Assembly: GCA_030248215.1 (NCBI GenBank)
Contig: JASANG010001546.1
Span: 248,001 to 312,000, forward strand
Source of the DNA: Enoplolaimus lenunculus
Lineage: Eukaryota
Length of the DNA stretch: 64,000 nucleotides
Direction: 5' to 3'
A model generated the notes under the pieces. It saw nothing but the letters and a program-made list of their open reading frames with translations. It did no database searches and had not been told where the DNA came from. The translations under genes and the position numbers were made by a program. Positions 11,793 to 25,951 of this stretch are shown piece after piece (within the stretch, counting starts at the first letter, position 1; each line of letters starts with the position of its first letter).

Positions 11793-11992
11793 GGCCGATG
11801 TAAAGAACAGTGGCGAAACACTATTACAAGCATATTTCTAAGCCTAAGCCTAAGTTTAAGCCTAAGTGTATGAATGAGCATATTCCTTAGCGTAGGCCTA
11901 AGCCCAAGCTTAAATTCAAGCAAAAAATTAGTCTAAAGCTTAAGCTTACTCTTTATTTCCACAGTAAAACGTTCCATCCCTGATCTTTACAG
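11793..11992 (-). mobile_element. Family B MITE
   Basis: Same termini and GCCTAA array. Confidence 0.75.
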
Positions 11993-13462
11993 GGAAAGTT
12001 TAATCTTGAGTTTTTGGCGCAGGCCTAAGTACAAACATGCTTATGCTTCTTTTACACCCCTCAAAGCCAGGGGCGTCAACAGAAGAAAATTATATTTGGG
12101 GGCCATTAATAATTTTGGGAGTCCCCGCAATTGCAATTCAAGATTGTTTACTTTTAGACGGAGTCTATTTGGGGGTAGCAGCCAAATTTGGGGGCACGGC
12201 CTCCAATGCTCCCCGTATGAACGCCCTTGTTCAAAGTAACATTGGTGTGCCCTTATATGCTTTTGGTCTACCAGTACTCACCAGAGTCGTTTTACTTGTG
12301 TCCCAATTTTCAAGAAAGAATTTCCGAAATTTCGCAGAAAATCAACGTAAAACCAAACAACTTAACGTCATATTGCAAATATTGGCTGAAATTACCAAAT
12401 TAACCATCATTTTCACTACCTAATTTCGCCTCACCTCCGTCTCCGGCTCCGACTCCGGTATACTCTGGTTGCACCCTCGTACTCACAGTGTACGACAACC
12501 GCGCACCCTGCAAATTATGCGTGACAGGTGCAAGGTCGCGCTGGAAAATACTGATACAAAATTAGCAATTCTAAAACCGAAAACTTTGCTATCAGAATCG
12601 TTTAATAATTTATTCGGCTCTTCTGAATAAAGCAATCAAAACGAATGTAGGAAACGCTGTATACCCTAGCATATTGTGCCATTATTAGCAAGAACGCATT
12701 AGAAGGGTACCATTCTGGCCGAAGCATCCAATACGGATCCCAAAAATTTTGTGTATTAAGATTTAGTACTAAAATTGCGTTTTGGCTTTTCGCTTGATTC
12801 GTTTGTGGTTATCGCGTCGGCCACCGTCAGAAATTTCTGTATCCACCATAAACGAGAGACAGCCGCTATTGCTCAGTCTGGTCTAAAATTGGTCAAAACT
12901 CTATTTGGTTATGTAGCGATTCTAATTTCGCCTAAGTATTATATTAGGTTTAATATTACAGTTTTCAATGAGTGGACATCGGAACGAGTTGTTGAACTGG
13001 TTTGTATGCAAATACTAAATTTGGTTAGTTTCTCGAATGTAGGCAGTGCCGGAGCAGACAGGGGTGGTGGCTCCCCCCAAACTCGCGAGCGAAGCGACCG
13101 AGAAACCAGACGCATTTTAAAACTTCTACAGTTTTTGTTTCAACCGGTTAGGGGGGCCTTTAGGGATGGTGGACCCCCCAAATGGGGGTATGGTGGGTGG
13201 CTGCTCCGGCCCTTGCATGTAAGGCATAGGCATGGGCCAACTAGCTGAAATATACGTTGCCCCCAATTCATTGAATACAGAACAGAGCAACACATATACT
13301 TGCTAAAGTTTCATTCGTTTGATTTAACCGAATACACAAAACTGTCAAGTGACATTTAGAAATTTTATTTTGTGAAGCGAAAAAAGAACAACTTCAAATT
13401 TAAAAACACTTTTGAAACGCTGAGGTTTTTAAAATTAAACACATGCGTTTTTTCGAATCTAC

Positions 13463-13710
13463 GGCCCATGTTACTTTAAGCGGCGTCCAGGTTTCTGGTG
13501 GATCTATAAAAGAGTAGGGTTTAGATTCTAGATTACATTTTTTTTGCTTAGGCTTACACTTAGGTTTATGCTTAGGAACACATTTTTGCAAGACTTAGGC
13601 TTTTAGACTTAGGCTTAGGCATTGGAACCCATTTTTGCAACGCTTAGGCTTGGGCTTAGACTTAGGAATACGCTTAATTTACTGTTACGCCCCTAAAAGT
13701 AACATTGGCC
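13463..13710 (+). mobile_element. TTAGGC-bearing MITE family C (others at 11399-11570, 25312-25489, 33381-33542, 42481-42667)
   Basis: GGCCCATGTTACTTT ... AAAGTAACATTGGCC termini; perfect TSD GAATCTAC; the 33381 copy has AACAACTC/AACAACGC. Confidence 0.9.
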
Positions 13711-13768
13711 GAATCTACGATAATACGTCGTCAGACCGTGTTCTAAACCTAAGCGCCTAAGCCTAATC

Positions 13769-14646
13769 GACCCATGTAAAGATCAGCGGCGGAACGTTTT
13801 TCTGTGGGTAAACTAGGCTTTAGGCAAAGGTTTTCGCTTAGGCTTAGGCTTACGTATAAACTCATTTTTACGCTTAAGCTTAGACTTAGTGTTGCGCTAG
13901 CGCCGCACGTCAACAAAACTACAGCGCACCCATAAGGCCCACGCTTAGAAGTATGCTTATGTAACTGTTCCGCCCACAACCTATACATGGGCCGAAATTT
14001 TAACAAAGAATATCTGCCATAGATTTCCTATGAGAAATCCCGTTCCCACGCGCCCTGCTCAAATATGTATTCAGCTGACCATCTAAAACAATGTATAAGT
14101 TTAAAAGTTCAATCTTATGTCAAAAACATCACACCAACCGTGAAAACATTTCAAGTCTTCGGCCCATGTAAAGATCAGTGGCGGAACGTTTTTCTGTGGG
14201 ACTGCAATAGAGTAAGCTTAAGCTTTAGACTAATTTTTTTCCTTGCCTTAAGCTTAGGCTTAGGAATATGCTCATTCTTACGCTTAGGATTAGGCTTAGG
14301 CTTAGTGCTTAGGCTTAGGAATATGGTTATAATACTGTTCCGCCCCTGTTCTTCTGGTCATAACTTCAAAAGATCATTTTGTTGCTGTGTACTTCGATTC
14401 CACCCACAATTCAGCGGCGTTCATTATACTCGGCTTAGCCGTTATCAAGGCTCCCAAACACCACAATTCACTAGGCCAATGTATAGAACAGGGCTGTCAC
14501 AGTAGTATACGCATATTCCTAAGCCTAAGCGCAATAATGACCTGACACCTGAACCTAAGCTTATGTCTAAAGCATAAGCAAAAATTTGTGCTTACTCTAT
14601 CGCAGTCCCGCAGAAAAACGTTCCGCCCCTGATCCCTACATATGCC
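13769..14646. mobile_element. Cluster of three family B MITEs (13769-13993, 14161-14355, 14474-14646)
   Basis: GGCCCATGTAAAGATCAG..GCGGAAC termini and TTAGGC arrays. Confidence 0.8.
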
Positions 14647-16725
14647 ATACACTCTAGTACAGTCTGTAAACGACCGTATACCAATGCCGCAATGGTACAT
14701 AATTCATTCCACTTTTTCCCCACAACGCCGACTTTTAAATCGAAAGTTTTTGGCTCTTTTAGGCAAATGTCTAAATTTTACCAGCCGTGGGAACCTAAAC
14801 CAAATTCCGACCAGGTCACAAGATAATAGTAGGTAAAAATTTCTTAAAGCACTCCCATAGTTTATAAACTAGCGTACCCTATTGGCCCGTTTTGAGGTTA
14901 CTGTAAACCTCAGGGTAGCCACTAAACCCCTGACGTATTCGCCGACCCTAAACTAAAATTTGTTTCTTGTTCTAAATCGATTTATTTCTAACAACTGTTC
15001 TATTGTTTTTAGTTATATTATTTGGTTTGGACACCAAATAAAAGTTTCAATAGCGGTAATAGATCAATGCTGCTTGCAAGATAGGCTTCACAGCGCCCAG
15101 TTTGTGGGTCTACAGTGTTTAGCTTGGCGCTGTGGCTTGTCTTGCGCTTCAAAGTCGATTGAAGGTCGAATTGGTATTCTCAAATGTGTGTAGCGTCTAT
15201 CACCAGCTGTTTTGACGGATCAAATGGTTTTAAGTCAACTTGCAGCCATGCTGTGAAAAAGCATACTTAACCAGTACTTAATTGGTGCTTTATGCTTGTC
15301 GGCACAGAGGATTTGGCTCCGGCAGAAGACTGACCGTCAGCTTTGCCAGTAGGGCAAAAAAATGTCGCCCTCTAAGGACCAGTAGGTTATTGTGAAGCAT
15401 TGTAAAAGCCTCTATTTTATACCAATTGCGAACTATTTTCGCCGGCGTATATTCATGTTTAATATCCGTCGGTGACATGGGTCTAGAGAAATTACGAAAT
15501 TGAGGGGTTACATTTTATGAAAAAACTAAGAAAGGGGATGTGACAAACTACTATCTTGAAACCTTTTCAAAGTATCATCTCAAGCCATCGCGTGGGGGGT
15601 GATGTTTAAAACGTTCCCCCTAGCTGCGTGTCTGGTCTACGCCATGTGAACCAATCAAATTATGTTGACCCAGACAGTATGACGTGATTGCGAATGACGA
15701 TTTGCTTGATGTCATTATTGACACTTGCAATAATGTGGCGATTTGATTATAAATGAACTGCAGTTACAACTACAAGATTATTGCTAATATCTTTCAGTCT
15801 AAGATGCATTTGGTATTTCTGAACAAAAGAGTTCAAATCAACGATAAGGTCTACAATATATGGCACATTCCAAATGGTCGTAGCTTAATATCAGCTTATC
15901 GTGTTTCAAGACTAATTTGAACAGGGGGCGCATCTAGAAAAAAATATACATGGTGTCCCCACGTTGGTTCCCAACGGAATATTCTGGGTAAAAAATGTCA
16001 TGAAGGTTAGATTCTCGAAATTATATGTAGGGAATGTACTTCGACGCATAGACTCAACTGCCGACTTGAAGCATTCTTCGATTTGTTGGCTAAATTTTAA
16101 ATACTTAAGAGGGGGCAAGAAGGTCACGGGTAAGCAATGCCCCCGTCGAAGTTTGAACCTAAGATAACCTGGCAGAGTTGACTAAGGAATATCAGTCTTA
16201 ATAAACCTGAATTTTTACTCGAATACAACTACGTTTGCAACTTTGATCCATGTAAAGTGGGACTAGAATAGAATAAGCTTAAGTTTTGGACTATCTTTTT
16301 GCGTGGCTCAGGCTTAGGCTTAGTCTTAGGAATATGCTCATTATACTGTTCCGCCCCTGTTCTGTTACATTGACCGCAACTTTCATAAATTTGAATGTTT
16401 GGGTTTCAAGCTAGGAAACAACTTCACACGGCTTACAAGTGGTGGCTGAAACTTTTGTGAGACTAAAATGCATCTAAGAGGAACAGACGAGTATTTTACC
16501 CGTTTCTGGGTGCTGTTGCGGTTGATGTAAACTTTCGTGTTGGTGCTAAATGCACCAAACTGAAGGTACGTCGTTCTAAACCGCCCTTGAAATCAGATAC
16601 CAGCAAGTAATTGCTTTGAAATCGTGTTACTGTTTATACCGAGTGTCACTTTTAGGGTAGAATTTTATAGTTTCAAAATCACACGCGATTTTCCACTCTC
16701 AGCTGTTGTTACGGGCGCTGGACCC

Positions 16726-17055
16726 CAGGGTGTAAGAGGAGGTAAAAAAATACCGGAACCGTAGCCGAAGAGGTAGTTTAAACAGTGTTTAATTTGTTAA
16801 TTTCAACAAATATCTATTAAAGTGTTGTCAAAAATTTTGATGTTAGGTGTATTTTTTGAGATATCCCGACAATTTGTTATTAAAATTGTATCAAAACTTA
16901 TAGTGAACAGCATCCAAAGATAAAATTTTTTTGAAGCTAAAAAATTTCACTACTGAAATTGCCTAAACCTCCAGCAAAAATTGTAACAATGCCGGAGTTG
17001 CAGGTCGATTTTTAGCCAGAGCCGAAGATGGAGGGAGACCACCGGTTGTACCCTA
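16726..17055 (-). mobile_element. hAT-like MITE F2
   Basis: CAGGGTG..CAACC TIR; TSD CTGGACCC/CTGGAACC. Confidence 0.75.
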
Positions 17056-18176
17056 CTGGAACCGTCTCAGAAAACGTATTCAAGAGCAAGTTTAGGGTCA
17101 CACATATAGTCTGGATTTGCGGAGGGGTTAACGCCACCCAGTGGCTGCATTTAAGGCTGAAATCTGTGCAACTGCTGTAAAACATTTGTAGATTCATAAA
17201 TTGGCGATGGTGTAAGACCGTCAGATTCCTCCTGGATACGTACCTGTTCAGGGGACTGGTCCGTAGCCAGTTCGGATAGAGGGGCGTCAATCGTGAGGAA
17301 AAAGAAACAACTGACACGAGCAAATGATAATGGTACATTTATGGGCGAAGCGAGCGAGATGCCGAACAAGTCGATGCGGTTATTTAAGGAAATTTGTCCC
17401 AAAATAAAGGAACCAAAACAAATGGTCTCAAAGTTTTACTTCAAGTAAAGATCAGGGACAGGACGTTTTTCTGCGGGACTGTAATAGAGTAAAGCTTAAG
17501 CTTTAGACTAATTTTTTGTTTAGGCTTAGGTATAAGCACATTCTGACGCCTAGGCGTTGGTTTAGGCTTAGGCTTATGGGTAGGAATAGTCTTATACTAC
17601 TGTCACAGCCGTGTTCTTTGTATTGGGTCTTAAGAGATTCGTTACAGAATGCAATTCAAATTATCAAGAGTGCATAATACAACAGTGTGCAACTCTTGGC
17701 TTCCGCATGGCGTAAAATGTACCACCGGGCGTTACGTTTTTGGCCGACCCCCTCTTGTTCATAGGGCGGGTCACAATCACATGAATACCCTAAATTAAAC
17801 TATATGGGAAGCATGTTTGATGCCGCATAAATTTTAAATTCATGATTTGCCCCGGTTCAAAAATAAAAATCTAAAAACTTAATCATTTTCTAAATTTACT
17901 TCCGGGTTTAAAATGTAAACCGCGATTTCAAAAGTAAACACCTTAAGATTAATAGGTTTTTAAGCAAAGAATAATTTTTCACTCCACCACTGATACAGAC
18001 GTATAATCATTAGGTGATGGCTTTTTTGCTGCGTACAGCAACGGCAGATCGAATGGTTCGTTGGGACCTTGGGAACCGACTGGTATTTAATTCACTAGTG
18101 GAAACCGACAAATATCATTTGCTTATATCTATGATACTTTGACGACTGTTATGTGACATTTCGCTTACCTTTTTGT

Positions 18177-18505
18177 CAGGGTACAACCGGAGGTCTGCCT
18201 GCGGCTCCATCAGAAAATTGGCCTACGGCTCCGGCTATAGTAGAATCTACGCCGGAGGTTCCGGCCATTTCGGTGGTAAATTTTTGTATAATTTAGCAAA
18301 ATTTGTCTGTTTAGTGCGTTTCGTTTTACTTTCGTAACAATTTTCAGAAAGGAATTTCCGAAATTTCCCAGAAAATCAACGTAGAAACAAATATATTAAC
18401 AACACGTTGCAGATATTGGCTAAAATTAACTAATTAACAAATCATTTTTACTGGATAATTTCGCCTCACCTCCGGCTCCGGTATTTTCCACCTCCGGTTG
18501 CAGCT
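18177..18505 (+). mobile_element. hAT-like MITE F2
   Basis: CAGGGTACAACCGGAGG start, CCGGCT repeats, homologous to 19391 and 40576. Confidence 0.8.
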
Positions 18506-19390
18506 TTGTGGATCGACGCTGGCGCTAGACGATAGTGTAAATATTTTTACTGTGAACAAAGTTTGATAAACACAGTTTGAAAGCAATTTTGACAGTTTTT
18601 TTAAAGATTTACTTTTGAGCAACGCGTTAAATTGACTAATCAGGCTTATGTTACGTACCAAATCCCTATTCTTACGGTAGCGTTATACTTTTGATGACGT
18701 CCGGCACCGTCCGGCACCGTCCGTCGCCGACAGTCACCGTACGTCACCGTATGGTATCGTACGCCAGTAACTCATGTACGATACCGTATGGTGACGGACG
18801 GCACTCGCAAAAACAAACCTATGGCACCAGCGTTTCAGTTAATGGTTTTTGATTTGCTAAATTGAATTTTTAAAATTACCAAATTTTGTATATTTTGAAA
18901 ATGCTTTCACTGGCAGATTCAAGTGAGACTACCAGGCCTCGCACCCACCCTCCGGTTCTACCCAAACGCGACCGAACGAATATTTTGTATCATGATTTTA
19001 GTACTAAAATTGCGTTTGGGTTCTCGATTGTTTCGCTGGTGAGGGGTTTTTCTCTATTATATATTTCCCACAACCGCCAACGAAATAATTATTAAGGAAA
19101 AAAGGGTACAGCAACGGATTATGCCGCTTAGATTCGTTTCTAACCGTCGATGATATCGAACAAATATAACCAGGAAAACTTTGTCAAGGCAGAATTGTAT
19201 TTTTTGCAATCTTTTCACAATTTCCGCAACCTCGAAAGACTTGCATCTTGATTCGTTTCCGTTGCTTTTATACCCGGAAATCGACCTTTTAGACCCGCAG
19301 TCATCCATCGAGTGCGGTGGTTCAACCGTCGTGAAAATTTTAGCAGCCGTGGAATAATTTTGGGTCGGTTCGTGCGAAAAGCTAGCGTTC

Positions 19391-19746
19391 GAGGGTGCAA
19401 CCGGTGGTCTGCGTCCGGCTCAGGCTCCGGCAAAAAATAGGCCTCCGGCTCCGGCTCCGGCTATAGTAGAAGTTTTGCTGGAGGTTCTGGCAATTTCGGT
19501 AGTAAAATTTTGCATCAAAATGGATCTGTCTATCGCGTTTCGTTTTACTTTTGTCACAATTGTCATCAAAGAATTTCCGAAATTTTGCACAAAATTAGCG
19601 TAAAACCAAACAACTTTAACAACATTTTGCAGATATTAGCTAAAATTAACTTATTGACCATCATTTTTACTACCTAATTTCGCCTCACTTCCGCCAAGGT
19701 TAGTTGATCTCTGGCTCCGGTGCTTTTCACCTTCGGTTGTACCCTG
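19391..19746 (+). mobile_element. hAT-like MITE F2
   Basis: TIRs present; 8-bp TSD TAGCGTTC/CAGCGTTC. Confidence 0.88.
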
Positions 19747-22700
19747 CAGCGTTCCCTTTTGAAACTTTTTATTTCTCTCAACAAATTAGGCGTGGTTGCA
19801 GGCGGTTTATCCTGTTTAAACTTCCAGGTTTGTCATTTGATACCATACATACATAAGCTTAAGCTATGGTTAATGGTTAATTTTCGTTTCCGATCTCAAC
19901 AGCGATTCATGTGGGTGGGTTGATAAATTTGTGGAGCCAAGGGCATCCGCTCGGGTGGGGGATGGGCATTGGGAAGCCGTGCGTCCCAAATTTGGCTGTT
20001 GCCCCTAAACAGACTCTGTCAAACTGTTACCAATCTTGAATTGCAATTGTTGGACGATCCCAAAATTAGTTGGTGCCCACCAAATATAAGCTTTTGCTGA
20101 TGTTCTTGGCTAGAGTAGACGTTATCGCCTGTTCTACGTAGCGCTGAAACCCAGCGATTGGCTAAGGCGATATTTTTGACATTGGAAAATTTTGGATTTC
20201 ATAGAATGGAACTTTTATGAAAAATGCAGGTCTTCAGCTTATAAATTATTAAAATTGCGTTTGGCTTTTCGCTCACTTCGCTTCCGAGGTTTCTTACCAC
20301 CGTATTGCACGCTGGCGTATGGACCAGCCTCGTTTTCAGATCAGCTGATGAGCTTCTAGCTTTTGTATACTCTCCCCACGTGTACTAAATGAAGCTTACT
20401 GTATTGACCCGAGGGGGTAAGAAGAGGGGTTCCATTTTGATTCCGAATCAATAGGAGTCCGTATCCCTAATAAGAGTCCGTAAGCGGATAGAGTCCCTAA
20501 GCACTAATTAGGGTCCATAAATGCCAATTAACCTTGCGCATAAATGACTCCAGAACCAAATACTTTGAGTTCGAAACTTTAAAACGTACTTTTGAAGATA
20601 CATTCCTAAGTATAACCTTGCATTATCGCTCAAGCTATTGACACAAGACTAATAAACCTTTAATTCTACGGGTAATTGCAGTACCGGATATATATCAGTA
20701 ACGAAGGGCGGCGGAGCGTGGGTTAAAAATAAATAACAGTCCGTAACCGAATAACAAAGGGGAACCCTTTGGAGAGGCCCAATAAATATCAGTCCTCCCC
20801 TCTTATTCAGGTCACTACAGTAGGCTCAAGCAAACGCTTAGACTATTCATAGGTATGTTTTCTCTAAAATCAAACTCTACGCCTAACCTCAAACCAAATG
20901 TCGGGTAAAGTAACCAACAGCTTTGGTTATATCTATTGCAAGGATAGTGAACTATACAAAGTCTTCGGTAGCAGGCTCGTAGGCAACTCACATTGCTTAA
21001 GCTAAACATTTTTCAGGATAGGCATACAAAGGTTTCCGATGCCTTACAAGCAAGGTTGAAAGTTTCCTAGGGGGTAAAGTCCTTCCACGATAAGGCTGAG
21101 CCTCCCTGACCCCCTTTTGACAACGGGTCGGTTTAGTAGAATGAAGTCTTCTGAAGACAGCCGTGATAATGTACTAATACTTGTTTCGGCGAATTTATAG
21201 AACAGAGCCGCAAAGCCCAAGAATAACCCTAATCGTAAGCCTAAAGAAAAATTGTGTAAAAAGCTTACACTATTGCAGTCCCGCCGAAAAACTTTCCGCC
21301 CCTGAATATGCCGTGTACCCAAGTTCGCTAGTTCTCGGTTTCGTTGTTCTCAGCTAAACCTTCGGCTCACGCTGCCATTAAATATATCAAAATAATTGTA
21401 TTACCGCTGCACGGTTTAATTAACCCCACAATTACTCGCTACCCATGGGTTAAGCCTTTACCTTGACTTTTACCCTGAAATGCTTACAAAAACAACCTAA
21501 ATTACATGTTTCGTTGGGTAATTTTAATATCTTTGATATGGCGAAAAGTGTAGGGTCTGGCTATTTTTTATTATTTTTATTGCATTCTAATTTCTGGTTT
21601 GCCGTTGCCGGCTGGCCAGTGCAGTATGCACACGGAGGTTTAATTTTTAACCAGTTTTCCATCCTTAAATATTGCAATTAATGCTTTATATACCGAAGTT
21701 TGGCGTAATTGTTGTTTTGAAACCCTGTTGGCGCAGCTGCAGTGGCCGTTAAGGCCCGGCGCCTATCGCCAGCGGTTAAAGGCTGAACCGGTAGTGTTTT
21801 GTTTTGAAAAATAGTCATTTATTTTCCCAGATCGCTATCGGGGTTTCAAAGTGTCTGGGATTTTTATGGGTTCGAAGTTTGCTATGAAGCTTAACAAGAC
21901 TTTTCCTTCAAACTGTTAGTTGCCTTTAGTGGTGATTTGCATAAATACATTAATTGACACATTCTGCTGTGAATAATTTAAAAAAGTAATTCTGGTCCAC
22001 TGGTAAGTTTTGGGATATAACCACAGACAGCCCTGTAACTAGACAGAGCGAGCGAGCAGGGGCTGGGGGGGGAGAACGAAGCGCGCACCGCATAAGAAAA
22101 TGTTTAGGATAAAATGGTAACGGGCCTACGTTGCAAATATTGCACTTTTGTGTCACAAAAATTGCGTTTAGCTTCTTGCTCACTTTCGTTCGCGACATAT
22201 TGTCACAATAAATGCGCGCGCTTCCAGACACTAATTTCTAAATTTGTCACAGGAAGCGCGAACATTTCTATGTTGTGACATAACAGTAAATTCCAGTGAA
22301 TTAATTTTAACTCAGAATGAATTGAATCACTCAGTCTGAGTTAGGGCTATCAAAACTCACAATTCGGAGTTGATTCAATTCATTCTGATTTAATTAATCA
22401 ACTCTCCCGGATTTAAACGAAGAAGTAACAAACTTTCCGTCTGAGTTGATTAATTAACTCATTGCAATTTACAGTGAATTCTACATTGGCAGAAAATGAT
22501 TTCTAGCCAAAAACTAAAAATGTCTACATAGAGAGCGACCCCCCTTATCGCTTCATTAAGGTGGTCACCCTGATTAATACAGGTCCCGATTTGAAAGCGT
22601 TAATTTTCTGGTTTTGTTTGGTTTTTTAACTGTGCGCACTCCATCTGTCGGCAAATTCGTTAAACTAAATCGCAACTTTATTTATGGAAAACTAAAAGTT

Positions 22701-22870
22701 AATTTTTTAAGTCTAAAAGAATCCGCTGTTAATGAGTGAAACGTTATTTAAGCATTTGTGGACCTTTGGCTGCAAATTAGCAAACGTGAATATTGATTCG
22801 AAATGTTAGCTGAATAAGATTATCTTAATTTGATTTTTAAACAAGTAAAGCATCATTAAGGTTAATAAAA

Positions 22871-23048
22871 CTAGTAAGTCAGCTTTACGCATTGCGTAAA
22901 ATTTTAGCGAATGCGCAACAATTTTCATGCAAATTGTATTTGCACACAACAATCAGGTTTTTGATCTTTAGAAAATGTTGTAAACAAAGCAATGCTGAAT
23001 AGTTGCCCAAATAACGTATGTGTGGCTTTCCAGTTTTAATTATATCGA
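22871..23048 (-). mobile_element. Helitron-like family N copy (partial sister copy at 23561-23732)
   Basis: CTAG 3' end next to the perfect hairpin TTTACGC-ATT-GCGTAAA, TC 5' end, A|T insertion context. Confidence 0.7.
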
Positions 23049-23235
23049 TTGTAATTGCAAAACACATTGCATAACTTAATGTTCGGTTCTGCAGTTTTTT
23101 TCTGTTAACAGGGGTAAAAATTTGAAACCCGTGCTGCATAATTTTAACGAGAGGCAATTTTAAAATTTACCATATGTAGATTACATTTATTGTAAGAAAC
23201 TGACAAGGTTATTGTGCGAGATTCATTATGAAATA

Positions 23236-23383
23236 TTTTTGCAATTTAATCTTACAATTTTTCAATTTAATCTTTTTTAGAATTTTTTCAATTTAAACTT
23301 TTTAGAATTTCTTCAATTTAATCTTTTTTAGAATTTTTTCAATTCAAACTTTTTAGAATTTTTTCAATTTAATCTTTTTAGAA
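23236..23383 (+). repeat. About 25-bp minisatellite (CAATTTAATCTTTTTAGAATTTTTT) x about 6
   Basis: Tandem units visible. Confidence 0.85.
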
Positions 23384-24287
23384 CAATAATTGTTAATTTG
23401 TGAGCTAATTTTAACATATAGCTTTGTTTTAGAACCATTAACGTTTTCAATCTATGACTTTAGTCGAAATTTCAATTTGAAGTTTCGCAGCTGTAAACTT
23501 AAGTCAGCAGTTTTCAACAAACATTGCTGCTTATCAAATTAATATGATGATTGTTGTTCAATTTTGCACAACGCGCAAAAGTGTTAGCGAATGCAAAAAA
23601 ATCTGTATACAAATTGTTTTATAGAACAAATACGATTATGCACTATGAATTATGAAACTATTGTAAACAAAGTATGTTGGAAACTTGCCCAAAACACGTG
23701 TATATGGCGTATTCCAGTTTTAATTATAGAGATATATTATTCAGCGGATATTTTGAGCTGAGAGTAGTGACTTTACAGTAATTTAAACAACTCAACTACT
23801 GCACAACGTATATTCATGAAAATCTTCATGCTTTAATCTGAAGTTCGTTTCTTAATTTAAGAGTTAAATATACTTAAATTAATGGTTAATTTAAGAGATG
23901 TGTCTTCAACTCAGCCAAAATGTTTCTTTTTTGCATGCTTATAGTTTTATTTTTTTAAATTAATGATATTTTTACTATTGTTCGTTGAAATATATTTCAG
24001 CTGCCAAGTTTATTTTAATATTTCATCATAATTCGTAAGCAATGAGTTCTGAAATAACACAACATCAAAGTCATAAGGAAACTAAACGGTATGTCGTTAG
24101 CGTTTAATAGTTCATTTAAATGCTCTATGATTATGTTTTTTGATTTTTGAAATAAGTAAACTCGTACTATCAAAAAACTTAAACTTATATTATAGCTTAA
24201 CTAAACTTGTAAACCTAAATAGAGGACGAACTAACTAAATTAAAATTTTAAGTTTTACTTACACAAGTTTAAGTTAAACTTATTTTT

Positions 24288-24596
24288 AGTGCATGTTACA
24301 GGAGTGTGCAACTCTGGGTCCCTCATGGTACAAAGTGTACCACCGGGTGTTGCGTTTTTGGCCGACCCCCATTTGTTTAGAGGGGGGTCACTATCTCATG
24401 AATTCCCCTAAATTAAACAATAACGGGAACATGTTTGACGCCGCGTACATAAAATACCATGGTTCGCACCGGTTGTACCCTCCTCTAAATAAAGGGGGGC
24501 TGGGCAAAAACGCAACACGTGCCGCGTACATTGTTTTCTACACAGAATGTGACCAGTTCTACACTCTTGTTAAATAGCGATTATCCACTCTTGGTT
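24288..24596 (+). mobile_element. MITE family L with bipartite inverted repeats (others at about 17662-17830, 43950-44198, 53956-54025)
   Basis: Outer AACCAAGAGTG(G/C)ATAA and inner TACAAGAGTGT(A/G)CAACT inverted repeats with different spacing at the two ends. Confidence 0.65.
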
Positions 24597-25654
24597 TAAG
24601 TAAAAAGTGCAGCCCCTGGTGAACTGCACAGTTGGGCTGTTGTACTCTTCCAATCATATTTTGGCGCTTAGACATATTTTTGGGCTTGGCCTAGGCTTAG
24701 GCTTACTATAAAATTGAACCATTCCTAATGAAATAGCCAAGTTTTTGCGCTATATCGATTTTCCAAACTTAATCTCGAACCTTTAAACCTAAGCCTGAGC
24801 CCGAACCTAAGCTTAAACCTTACCAGCATTTGCAGTAGAAGCGTACAAGAGCCGAACGTTGTTTGCGAGTCGCGTGATAAATACTGGTTAATAAAGTCCA
24901 CAGTACAACCTGTTAAATTAGCTGATTGCTCAATAGTTATATTTGACATCTAAGCTTAAATAACTCAAATTTAGCTTTCCACTTCTTTAGTACAACGCAC
25001 ATTTTAACCCTGGTCAAATTTTAGCAATGATTCTAAGTTCAAAATTACATTCAAATCCAATCTGGTTATACTAAAAGACACGGAAGCAGGAATGATTTTT
25101 GTGTCAAACGCATAGGCTTAGGCTTAGGCTTAGGCTTAGAAATATGCTTATAATACTGTTCCGCCCCTGTTCTTTTATCTGAGGGGACATCAAATGCGGC
25201 AAGCTATTTGATCTTCGGTAGGCAACTAAACAGGTAAACAGTGTAGTTTTTACAAAACTTCGCCAGTGAAGCGACCGAAAAGACAGCGCAGTTTTTTTAC
25301 ATTAAATATTTGGCCAATGTTACTTTAAGAGACGTAACAGTAGATTAAGCGTATTCCTAAGCCTATGCCTAAGCCTAAACGTTGCAAAAATGAGTTCCTA
25401 AGCCTAAGCAAAAAATGTAACCTAGAATCTAAACTTACTCTATTATAGATCCACCAGTAACCTGGACGCCCCTAAAAGTAAAATGGGCCATACGACAACA
25501 CGAAACAGTAGTTTCGGTGAATCCCCAGAGGCGTCAGTGACACCTTGGTATTTTTCAGCACAGACGTCGACTGACACCCCAGACACAACTGTTCCTACAT
25601 GCCTGGTAAACTGAGAATTACAAATTTTAATATTTATTGATTTTCAAATTTTAG

Positions 25655-25951
25655 ATCCACCCGTCTTCCGCCGTCAACCAGACCACCCAAATCTCCCAAA
25701 ATACCGCTGCAAATGAAGATTCATTCAAAACCGGGCATAGCCGCACAACCGCAAAAACCTTCCGGTTCCGTTGTTGGTACACCGGTGGTAGACTCAAATC
25801 GAACGGGGCCTTATTACGACGCGAGATTTATCTGCGATCAGGAAGGACGATTTACGTATGCCAATTGGAACCATTACTGCCCTCCTGGCGGCGTTCCGCA
25901 TAACACCGATACGTGGAAATCAACTGCCCTTCCTACGTGTTATAATTATCG
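25655..25951 (+). CDS. Exon of uncharacterised gene (STRLPPSTRPPK...YANWNHYCPPGGVPHNTDTWKSTALPTCYNY)
   Basis: TTTTAG acceptor, 297 nt open, GC-richer than flanks, CG|GTAAAT donor, phase 2/2. Confidence 0.75.

Noticed and set aside
16402..16422. RFX X-box upstream of the unknown gene
   Set aside because: Only a half-site-like match, expected by chance.
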